From the NCBI GenBank assembly GCA_964373065.1, contig CAYJSJ010000004.1:1-57052 (forward strand): a stretch of DNA of 57,052 nt. Reading direction: 5' to 3'. Each line of letters starts with the position of its first letter. Within the stretch, counting starts at the first letter, position 1. Positions 29,157 to 36,957 of this stretch are shown here, piece by piece. This DNA is from an uncultured Candidatus Peribacteria bacterium. GTDB lineage: Bacteria > Patescibacteriota > Gracilibacteria > Peribacterales > Peribacteraceae. The notes under the pieces were generated by a model. It had not been told where the DNA came from. It searched no databases and saw only the letters and a program-made list of their open reading frames with translations. The position numbers and the translations under genes were made by a program.

Positions 29157-30785
29157 CTAACGAAAAGTTTGCAGCAGGTACCGGATGAACGGTGTGAGTG
29201 ACGATTCTACTGGAACAGGGGCTAGTTCGATGATGTCGACACCCGGTGCAATGCGTTTGATAGCACGTTCCTCTTTATCGGCGTACCCGATGATGTGCGT
29301 GACGCCGTAGTATTTGAACGGTTCCATGAGCTTCCCACGTTGAGAGAGGAAATCGATGGTTGTCGGATGTATCGATACGTTGCGCTGAGGAGAAAGGAAG
29401 AAGAGATCGGAACGCCGCGGACTTGCGACGACTGCATCATCAGGAACGGATAGTAGCGCTGCGGTTGCCGCCAAAAGCTCGGGAGTGCGCGAGCGGGAAT
29501 ACAACTGCGCGAGCACTTTGCGATTTGCTTGTAGTAATTGCACGCCGATGATGCAAACAATAAAGAAAGCCAGTAGCGAACGTTGCATTGCCGTTAGCTT
29601 CCACGAACGCCCAAGTGTCCCTACGATTTCTTTAACACCAATACCTGCGAAGAGAGCCAATGCCCATGTGTAGTTACTGATGTGCGAACTTACGAAGAGC
29701 AGAAGAAAACGCAGGACGATTTCCATGGAGATGATGAGTCCGCCAATCCACAGGACGAGCAACCGATGCGTACGCCATGCGATGGCAATGCCGGGAAGAA
29801 TGAAGAGCCAGAGGAAGGCACCTCCTACGTTGTCTACAGTGATGTGGTCGGGAATGCTGTTGATAAACATCCATGCTCCCGTTGCCATTATTTCGAAGAC
29901 TGTGAAGTCATCAACGCCGAAGATGATCCGGTAGTTCTTGTCTTCCAAATTTTCGATGAACGAACTCCCTCCTACGCGTGCACGGATTTTTGCATCATAT
30001 TCTTCTTTATAGTGCTCGAAGAGAAATTCGTCGGGGTACAAGTGCCCTTCCCCCGGCGTCGATTCTTTCATCGGCGACAGTAATGTTGTGAAACGCTCCA
30101 GAGGAGACGTGCTTTGTTGTAGAGCTGCCGGCACCATCGGTAACAAGAACATGGCATATGCCGTAGCCGAGAAGATTCCCACGTGCACAAGTGCCACCAG
30201 CAGTTGCTGCCGTTTTTGCCAGAGATAGACAACGACAAACCATGGGAGGAAGGCGAGGTAAGAGTGTTGGATACCAAGGGTAAGGCCGAAGAAAATTCCG
30301 CTCAATACTACGGCGATCCATGGCCTCGTCGCACGGAATCTAATGAACGTGCCGAAGCTCAGGAAGAGGGGGAGGAATGCGTAGCAGTACCCGCCGAGCG
30401 ATGGTGCGATGACCCAGGAGAGAGGAAGTAAAGCAAACACGGCAACCGAAGCCCATGCGATGCCTCTCCCGAAGAGCATCTGTATGCTCCACCACAATGG
30501 AAAGAACGACAGGCAGAACGCGACGATGCTCACCGCTGCCCAGCCACTGATGTTGTCCCATGGGACCCAGGTGTGGATGAGACTGGCAATGACGACCAAC
30601 ATATGCTGCCTCGTATCCGTGACGAGTCCAGTTTCCATAAAAATCCGCGCGGATATCGAGATGTCGGATGCGGCGTAGGGGTACCCGATGAGCAGTATTG
30701 GCAGCATCATCAGACAGAAAACGCCGAAGGCAAAGAGCGCGAGAAGTACCCAGTGCATGTGCGTGGAAAACTTCGAAAAACGCAT
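29157..30785 (-). CDS. Large polytopic membrane protein with a C-terminal soluble domain; GT-C-like (speculative)
   Basis: 542 aa with more than 10 hydrophobic helices followed by a ~110-aa hydrophilic tail. No soluble-enzyme motifs. Confidence 0.6.
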   Translation of the reverse strand: MRFSKFSTHMHWVLLALFAFGVFCLMMLPILLIGYPYAASDISISARIFMETGLVTDTRQHMLVVIASLIHTWVPWDNISGWAAVSIVAFCLSFFPLWWSIQMLFGRGIAWASVAVFALLPLSWVIAPSLGGYCYAFLPLFLSFGTFIRFRATRPWIAVVLSGIFFGLTLGIQHSYLAFLPWFVVVYLWQKRQQLLVALVHVGIFSATAYAMFLLPMVPAALQQSTSPLERFTTLLSPMKESTPGEGHLYPDEFLFEHYKEEYDAKIRARVGGSSFIENLEDKNYRIIFGVDDFTVFEIMATGAWMFINSIPDHITVDNVGGAFLWLFILPGIAIAWRTHRLLVLWIGGLIISMEIVLRFLLLFVSSHISNYTWALALFAGIGVKEIVGTLGRSWKLTAMQRSLLAFFIVCIIGVQLLQANRKVLAQLYSRSRTPELLAATAALLSVPDDAVVASPRRSDLFFLSPQRNVSIHPTTIDFLSQRGKLMEPFKYYGVTHIIGYADKEERAIKRIAPGVDIIELAPVPVESSLTPFIRYLLQTFR

Positions 30786-30851
30786 ACTGCGCCATGCTAC
30801 TTTAGCCGTGCCTTTCTATGCAATGGGAAGCAGATATTCTACACTCTGCGT

Positions 30852-31490
30852 GTGATTACGGTAATTGACTACGGGATGGGCAATCTGAAGTCCGTATGCA
30901 ATGCCGTAGAAGCACTTGGGCAGGAGGTGTGTCTTACGCGTGATCCGGAACGTATCCAGACGGCTTCCGGCATTATACTTCCCGGCGTCGGCGCATTCGG
31001 GGAGGGTATGCGTAACCTGCATGCGTTCGGTCTTGTCGATGTTCTCAACCGGGAAGTCATCGGGAAAAAGAAGCCGTACCTCGGTATTTGCCTGGGGTTG
31101 CAATTCCTTGCGCGCACCGGGTTTGAGGATGGCGAGCATGCGGGGCTCGGCTGGGTGGAGGGCGTGGTGAAGCTCATCGAGCCTCAAGGCGACGATCACA
31201 AGGTGCCGCACATGGGATGGAATAACGTCGAGGTACTTCGTGATTCGGTGATCCTCAGAAATCTTCGGAAAGATCCCGTCTTCTATTTTGTCCATAGCTA
31301 CGCATTGGTGCTCGATTCCACGGAAAAAGGGATCCTGACATCGGTCGCCGATCATGGTTGTACGATTACCGCCAGCCTCGAGAAGGACAACATTTTCGCA
31401 ACGCAGTTCCATCCGGAAAAAAGCCAGAGCACAGGGCTCATGGTTCTGAAAAACTTTATTTCCTTCTGCGAGAGCCATGCTCAAACATAG
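30852..31490 (+). CDS. HisH-like glutamine amidotransferase subunit (WbuY-like)
   Basis: A GTG start at 30852 gives (M)ITVIDYGMGNLKS. Motifs: ILPGVGAFG, GICLGLQ (catalytic Cys), FVHSY, QFHPEKS. Confidence 0.88.
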   Translation: MITVIDYGMGNLKSVCNAVEALGQEVCLTRDPERIQTASGIILPGVGAFGEGMRNLHAFGLVDVLNREVIGKKKPYLGICLGLQFLARTGFEDGEHAGLGWVEGVVKLIEPQGDDHKVPHMGWNNVEVLRDSVILRNLRKDPVFYFVHSYALVLDSTEKGILTSVADHGCTITASLEKDNIFATQFHPEKSQSTGLMVLKNFISFCESHAQT

Positions 31491-32316
31491 ACTTATTGCC
31501 TGTCTGCTCTGGCGGGATAGCTTTCTGATCCAGAGTAAGAACTTCAAGCACACCAATGCCGTCGGGTCTGCTATGACTGCGATCGATTTTTTCAATACGT
31601 GGGCGATTGATGAGATCGTTCTCCTCGATGTTACGAGGAAGAAGGACAGCCGCGACATGTTCCACCGCGATCTTTTGGAACTTTCCAAGCGGTGCTTTGT
31701 TCCGCTCTCGGTTGGCGGGTGGGTACAGAGTGTCGATGATGTGCGGCAGCTGCTGACGGAAGGTGCGGACAAAGTGATCGTGAATACCGCTGCACTCGAG
31801 GATGAAACATTGCTACCCGCCGCCGCCAAGAGGTTTGGTAACCAGTGCATGGTGGTGTCGATCGATGCAAAGATGAATGCAGATGGTACGCATGAAGTGT
31901 TCACGCATCGCGGGAGCACACCTACCGGCGTTTCCGCCGTTACTTGGGCGAAGAAGGCGGAGAGTATGGGTGCAGGGGAGATCTTCCTTACGTCGATTGA
32001 TCGCGATGGATCTCAGAAGGGATACGATTTGGAATTGATCGAGTCGGTGAGTGCGGCAGTTGATATACCCGTGATTGCGTCCGGAGGGGTCGGGGAGTGG
32101 GAGCATATGGCCGCAGGCATTCGCGCAGGTGCTTCAGCAGTCTCTGCGGCCAACATTTTCCACTACTCCGACCAGAGTACAAAGAAGGCGAAAAATTACC
32201 TTTTTAAGCATGGCATCGATGTTCGTCGGCCGGAATTTTATGATATTCCACTGCCGCGCATGCCCGTCTACCGCGAGAGCAATGTTTCCGGGGTGATGAC
32301 GGTGGAGGGGACTTGA
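31477..32316 (+). CDS. HisF-like cyclase subunit (WbuZ-like)
   Basis: 279 aa. Motifs: RLIACLLWRD, DEIVLLDV, GGWV, ADKVIVNTAA, SIDRDGSQKGYD, ASGGVG. 14-nt overlap with the HisH-like gene. Confidence 0.88.
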   Translation: MLKHRLIACLLWRDSFLIQSKNFKHTNAVGSAMTAIDFFNTWAIDEIVLLDVTRKKDSRDMFHRDLLELSKRCFVPLSVGGWVQSVDDVRQLLTEGADKVIVNTAALEDETLLPAAAKRFGNQCMVVSIDAKMNADGTHEVFTHRGSTPTGVSAVTWAKKAESMGAGEIFLTSIDRDGSQKGYDLELIESVSAAVDIPVIASGGVGEWEHMAAGIRAGASAVSAANIFHYSDQSTKKAKNYLFKHGIDVRRPEFYDIPLPRMPVYRESNVSGVMTVEGT

Positions 32317-32448
32317 CTAATTTGTAATATCGGTTAATATAGCGATATGACTGAATATACGAATCAGGGGAAGGGAACAGAAGAGCTTCCCTCTCATGAG
32401 TAATCCCAATCGAGGGCGCAGGTTGTTGCTTTTGGTATTGCAAGCGGT

Positions 32449-33303
32449 TTGACTGCCGCACTTACTTCCGAGGTGGATATTCCAAGTGCGCTACAAAAGG
32501 CACAGTGGATGTATGAAACACATCCGAACATACTCGTAGATGCCGTCGTTCATTCTTTCGAGGAGCACCCGGAACTTCGCGAGAAAATGTACCGTTATTG
32601 TTTCATGGGTGAAGTGCAGGTTCAGGCATTCTTCCTCGAGGTTTTGGAACGCATGAAAGGAGATCCATCGATTTGTGTAGAGCTCGGCGCTTTTTTATTG
32701 AAGAAGATTCCTAAGAAGGAGCACGAAGCAATGCAGTTGCTACACTCCTCGAAGAAGTATTTCACATCGGAAGGTAAAGAAGATCCTCGTGCTTTGAAAC
32801 TACTCTCGACTATTGCGTATGAGGAGTATAGGCCGCTTCATAGAGAGGCTGAGCCCGTACTGAATAGCGTGAAGCTCTATGCGTATGGTGCTAAAGATGT
32901 ACAGAAAATATGGGATGAACATCCCGCGGAATTAGATGCACTGAAGAATGCAATGGAACATCTACGGGAATCTCTTCGAAAGGATTATGCACGAAAAGAT
33001 TTATTCTCCGCTCTCCCGACTCACAATCGTTTGGTTGCCCTGGCATGGGATAGCCGAAGGCTGTCTCCACAGAAAGCATTAGATTTGTTTACAAACATAC
33101 TTGCAACATACGATCGTGTAACAGTCACAACCGGTTCTGCCGATGATCAGAAATTACGTACGCTCAAGAGTAATACCATCAATCGTTTGGAGGAAGTGTA
33201 TACCGCCATGGGTAACGCGGAAAGAGCACAGGAGATGAATGCACTTTTTAAGAAACTCCGACCGTCTACGAAGCCAGCCACCCCGAAAGATCCCTCCCGA
33301 TAA
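32449..33303 (+). CDS. Hypothetical, predicted all-helical protein (orphan by eye)
   Basis: 284-aa ORF starting at TTG; ATG at 32509 is an alternative. The composition is protein-like, with a TPR-like C-terminus (NRLEEVYTAMGNAERAQEMNALFKKL). The 3' end overlaps the convergent sulfotransferase by 38 nt. Confidence 0.5.
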   Translation: MTAALTSEVDIPSALQKAQWMYETHPNILVDAVVHSFEEHPELREKMYRYCFMGEVQVQAFFLEVLERMKGDPSICVELGAFLLKKIPKKEHEAMQLLHSSKKYFTSEGKEDPRALKLLSTIAYEEYRPLHREAEPVLNSVKLYAYGAKDVQKIWDEHPAELDALKNAMEHLRESLRKDYARKDLFSALPTHNRLVALAWDSRRLSPQKALDLFTNILATYDRVTVTTGSADDQKLRTLKSNTINRLEEVYTAMGNAERAQEMNALFKKLRPSTKPATPKDPSR

Positions 33304-34000
33304 TCTTTTCCGTCAGTGCGATGTCTTTTCTGTAGAGATCGCGGAGTGTTTTTTTTGCTTTCTGCGACATCGGCTTTTCCGCCGGAGGATTAACGTTGTG
33401 TTTCTGCGACATGTCGGGAACGAAAGTAGGATCAACGTCGAGGAACTTCAGGCACTCCTCTAGGACTGTGAGCGGACTTTCGACGAAATCCTCGTAGAGA
33501 AAAATCTTCAACCGCTCACGGGGGAATTGCGCACGGTAGCGCGCGAGTTGCTCCCCGTAAAAGCCGCGGCTCTTATAGCTGCGCATAGGATCGAGATCCT
33601 CAACGGCGAGGCATTCTTCAAAATTCTCGCGCTTCTCTTTTCCCTGTCGCCCGCGCATGAGGTAGTGCGAGTACGCTCGCTCGACGGGATTGCGAAGAAT
33701 CACGATCATCTTGGCATCCGGAATCATTTTTCGGATCAGTTCCGGCGAATCGGGAACTGCAAGGTAGGCGGGGGACGTTTCTCCGATGGCTTTGGCGTCC
33801 CCGGCTTCGGCAAAGAGCGTGCGATACTCGTCGCTGTCCCTCACCGTTCTATCAAGCAGGCAGAGTGCCGAATCCTGCGCGAAGAAGTTCGTCTCTTTCT
33901 GCGGGAGCATGAAGATCTCCGGATGCTGCCCGAGGTAGTGGTGCAGGGACGTCGTCCCCGCCTTCGTGGCGCCGATGATCAGAAAAGTGGGCAGTCGCAT
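33266..34000 (-). CDS. PAPS-dependent sulfotransferase
   Basis: Trimmed to the ATG at 34000 (MRLPTFLIIGATKAGTTSL, the 5'-PSB loop). ILRNPVERAYSHY is the 3'-PB motif. Confidence 0.88.
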   Translation of the reverse strand: MRLPTFLIIGATKAGTTSLHHYLGQHPEIFMLPQKETNFFAQDSALCLLDRTVRDSDEYRTLFAEAGDAKAIGETSPAYLAVPDSPELIRKMIPDAKMIVILRNPVERAYSHYLMRGRQGKEKRENFEECLAVEDLDPMRSYKSRGFYGEQLARYRAQFPRERLKIFLYEDFVESPLTVLEECLKFLDVDPTFVPDMSQKHNVNPPAEKPMSQKAKKTLRDLYRKDIALTEKIIGRDLSGWLAS

Positions 34001-34035
34001 TGTTCGGAGTCTCTTGCCTCGGTAGTATATGCCTG

Positions 34036-35079
34036 ATGCGCAAAGAAATCGCAATCGGAGGCCGAAAAATCGGCGACGGACACCCGCTTTTCATTATCGC
34101 CGAGTGCGGAATAACCTGTAATTATGATCTCACGATCACAAAGAAACTCATCGATGCGACCGTTGCGGCCGGGGCGGATGCCGTCAAATTCATCTTCTGG
34201 TTTCCCGACGAAATCATGTGCGATACAACCGTGACGGCGACGTACCAGACTGTGCGCGGAGAAGAGGTGGTGAACATGTACGAGCGTTTTAACTCTCTGC
34301 GCTTTACACTGGATGAATGGAAGGAGGTAAAAGCCTATGCCGACAAGAAAGGCGTCATTGTTTTTTCCACAGTCAATTCTCCAAGCGGCATTACGTACGC
34401 GGAGGCACTGGGGCTGGATGCGTATAAGCTGAGTTCTTGGGACTATAACGACTTGCCACTCTGGAAGAAAATCGCCGAAATCGGCAAGCCGATGCTTATA
34501 GATACGGGACCGGTCTTTGACGAAGATGTAGAGAAGGTGATGGGTATTCTGCGCGGTGCGGGTAACGATCAATGCGTTCTGTTGCACTGTTTTCATACAA
34601 AGAACTATGCCGAGATGAATATGCATGCCATCCCGTACATGCGCGAGACGTTTGATGCATTGGTCGGGTACTCGGCTGCGGACAGCGATGACAAACTGGA
34701 CATTATGGCGGTTTCTCTCGGTGCGTGCATGCTCGAGAAGCGCATCACCATCGACCGATCGCTCCCCGGGCACCACCACGTTCTCTCCAAGCTTCAAGAC
34801 GAGTTTGCGGCTTACGTAAAGGAAATGCGCGATGCGCATGCTGCACTCGGGACGCATGGGCTTACACCCAGTGCCAATGATCTTAAGGAACGGAAGAAAT
34901 TCTTCCGGCATCTTGTGGCCAACAAAGATCTTGCCGCAGGAACCGTCCTCACAGCGGAGATGCTTGCTAGCAAGCGCGGCGAGTACGATGTTTCCCCCGA
35001 GCATATCGATCAATTTATCGGAGCGGTACTCAAGCGTGATCTAAAGGAGAACGCATCCATTCTGCATACCGATGTCTAA
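34036..35079 (+). CDS. Divergent NeuB-family paralogue (TIM barrel + SAF-like domain) lacking canonical catalytic motifs
   Basis: Trimmed to the ATG at 34036 (MRKEIAIGGRKIGDGHPLFIIAECG...). It has the overall NeuB layout but reads AECGITCNYD, VKFIFW, GYSAAD and EKRI where the paralogues have conserved residues. Confidence 0.75.
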   Translation: MRKEIAIGGRKIGDGHPLFIIAECGITCNYDLTITKKLIDATVAAGADAVKFIFWFPDEIMCDTTVTATYQTVRGEEVVNMYERFNSLRFTLDEWKEVKAYADKKGVIVFSTVNSPSGITYAEALGLDAYKLSSWDYNDLPLWKKIAEIGKPMLIDTGPVFDEDVEKVMGILRGAGNDQCVLLHCFHTKNYAEMNMHAIPYMRETFDALVGYSAADSDDKLDIMAVSLGACMLEKRITIDRSLPGHHHVLSKLQDEFAAYVKEMRDAHAALGTHGLTPSANDLKERKKFFRHLVANKDLAAGTVLTAEMLASKRGEYDVSPEHIDQFIGAVLKRDLKENASILHTDV

Positions 35080-35758
35080 GACGCTCTGCATCATACCGGC
35101 TCGGGGAGGCTCCAAGCGGTTCCCCGGAAAAAATGTAGCGCTCCTCAATGGAAAGCCACTTCTGGCATATGCAATCGAAGTTGCAAAAGCGAGCGGAGTC
35201 TTCGATGCGGTGTGCGTTTCATCGGATGATCCACGTACGTTAACGATCGCAAGAGAATACGGAGCGGATATCATTCACGATCGACCGGCGGATCTGGCGA
35301 CCGATGCCGTGCAGCTCAAAACATTGTGTAAGCATCTCCTTGAAGAGCTTTCTCTAAAGGGAACGCCATACGATACGTTTGCACTTCTGATCCCGGTAAG
35401 CCCCCTGCGTACGGCGGAGGATATTCGGAAAGCGTATGCACTCCTGCAATCGTCGGATGCGCATACTGTGATGAGCGTCATGCGCTACTCGCACCCTGTA
35501 CAACTTGCTGTGTGCATTCGAGATGGCTACCTGAAGCCATTTTTTGGATCTGAGCATTTGAAACCCGCTCAAAAACTCGAGCCGCTCTATCGGCACGATG
35601 GCACTGTCATTTTTTGTAAGACCGACGCGTTTCTGCGTGAGGGAGATTTTTACGGATCAAAAGTCATCCCTTACGTAGTGCCTCCGGAACGTTCGGTGAA
35701 CATCGACGAGCCGATGGATCTGCAGTGGGCGGAGTTTCTCCTTTCTCGATCTTCATAA
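35072..35758 (+). CDS. Acylneuraminate cytidylyltransferase family (CMP-nonulosonate synthetase) 2
   Basis: 228 aa. Motifs: CIIPARGGSKRFPGKN, IPVSPLR. 8-nt overlap with the preceding NeuB3 gene. Confidence 0.88.
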   Translation: MSKTLCIIPARGGSKRFPGKNVALLNGKPLLAYAIEVAKASGVFDAVCVSSDDPRTLTIAREYGADIIHDRPADLATDAVQLKTLCKHLLEELSLKGTPYDTFALLIPVSPLRTAEDIRKAYALLQSSDAHTVMSVMRYSHPVQLAVCIRDGYLKPFFGSEHLKPAQKLEPLYRHDGTVIFCKTDAFLREGDFYGSKVIPYVVPPERSVNIDEPMDLQWAEFLLSRSS

Positions 35759-35763
35759 GGCGC

Positions 35764-36888
35764 ATGCGGATAGCTCTCTTTGCGTCTACGGCCGATCGCA
35801 CGAACGGATACGGTAACATCACCTGCGCACTCTCTACACATCTCCATGCGCTTGGGTGCTCTATTACGCTCTTCCTTCCAAAAAACGAGGAGACATTGGT
35901 ATCTGATCTTCGCTTTCCATTTGAAACGCGCTGCGTGCTTCCGAAGAACGTGTTCCGCCTGTACCAGCGAGAAGGATGGAAGTTTTTGCGCTCGGTTGAT
36001 GTTGCAAGGTGCGATATTGTCCATTCCCTCTTCGCGTTCCCGTACTGCATCACAGCGCTCCGGTCTGCGCGGAAGTATGGAAAGCCGTTTCTCATGGGGG
36101 CGCAGGGAACGTACGGTGTGCGGCCGCTCACACAGTTTCCAGAGCGGTTCTTCCTTAAGCAATGCTACGCGTCTGCGAAGGCGATCATGACTCCCAGTGA
36201 ATGTACCAAGCGAAAGATCATTGAATATGCCGGGCGGGACTACCCGATCACGGTCATCCATAATGGCGTCGATTTCGATCGTTTTCAGAGGAATATTCCC
36301 AGTATCTTGAGCCGCTTTGCGGGGAAGAAGGTGCTGCTTACGGTCGGCGGACTGAAGGAGCGCAAAGGGCAGGATCTTGTACTCAAAGCATTGCAGAAGA
36401 TCAGACAACGTCGCAGTGACGTCGTCTATGTGCTCGTTGGCGAAGGAAGCTGGGAGCAGGGACTCAAAACTCTTGCGAAGGATTTGGGTGTATCGGATTG
36501 CGTCATCTTTGCGGGGAACAAGACGGGAGATGAGCTCGTGGCGTATTTTCAGGCGTGTGATATCTACGTGCATACGCCGAAAGTCGTGGACTTGAATTTC
36601 GAGGGTTTCGGCATTGTCTACTTGGAAGCGGGTGCTTGCGGTAAGCCGGTTGTCGCGACGGATGCGGGTGGCATACGCGATGCGGTTATAGATGGGGAGA
36701 CTGGCCTTATCGCGCCTGATCTGGATGTCGATGGCATAGCAGACCGCATTCTTTTGCTCCTCAATGATCCAATGCTTGCAGCAACGATGGGGGATGCCGG
36801 ACGCGCCTATGCGCAAAAGAACAACTGGAACACTATTACGAAGCAGTTCATGCGTCTTTACGAACAAGAATTAGGAATTACACATTAG
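35764..36888 (+). CDS. GT4-family (GT-B, Glycos_transf_1) glycosyltransferase
   Basis: Trimmed to the ATG at 35764 (MRIALFAS...). Motifs: LLTVGGLKERKGQD, EGFGIVYLEAGACGKPVVATDAGG (EX7E). Confidence 0.88.
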   Translation: MRIALFASTADRTNGYGNITCALSTHLHALGCSITLFLPKNEETLVSDLRFPFETRCVLPKNVFRLYQREGWKFLRSVDVARCDIVHSLFAFPYCITALRSARKYGKPFLMGAQGTYGVRPLTQFPERFFLKQCYASAKAIMTPSECTKRKIIEYAGRDYPITVIHNGVDFDRFQRNIPSILSRFAGKKVLLTVGGLKERKGQDLVLKALQKIRQRRSDVVYVLVGEGSWEQGLKTLAKDLGVSDCVIFAGNKTGDELVAYFQACDIYVHTPKVVDLNFEGFGIVYLEAGACGKPVVATDAGGIRDAVIDGETGLIAPDLDVDGIADRILLLLNDPMLAATMGDAGRAYAQKNNWNTITKQFMRLYEQELGITH

Positions 36889-36933
36889 GAATTACGGGCG
36901 AAAAACTATTCTTCATTCTTCATTCTTCATTCA
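36871..36933. repeat. TTAGGAATTAC x2 (14-nt period, spanning the GT4 stop codon) followed by ATTCTTC x3.7
   Basis: TTAGGAATTAC at 36871-36881 and 36885-36895. ATTCTTC at 36908-36914, 36915-36921 and 36922-36928, plus a partial copy to 36933. Confidence 0.85.
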
Positions 36934-36957
36934 TAATTCTCCTGCATACGAGCTTTC

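Noticed and set aside
30852-32316. HisH/HisF as histidine biosynthesis genes
   Set aside because: No other his genes are present, and the context matches the known WbuY/WbuZ-type sugar amidination partners.
35671-36867. 398-aa minus-strand ORF; similar long antisense ORFs at 33979-35013, 30816-31919, 27410-28225, 47312-48226 and 2502-3434
   Set aside because: Each lies opposite a gene with strong family motifs (GT4, NeuB3, HisH/F, CMP-transferase, GT2-GtrA, FrhB fusion). Each has an arginine-rich, low-complexity translation, as expected for antisense frames in moderately GC-rich DNA.
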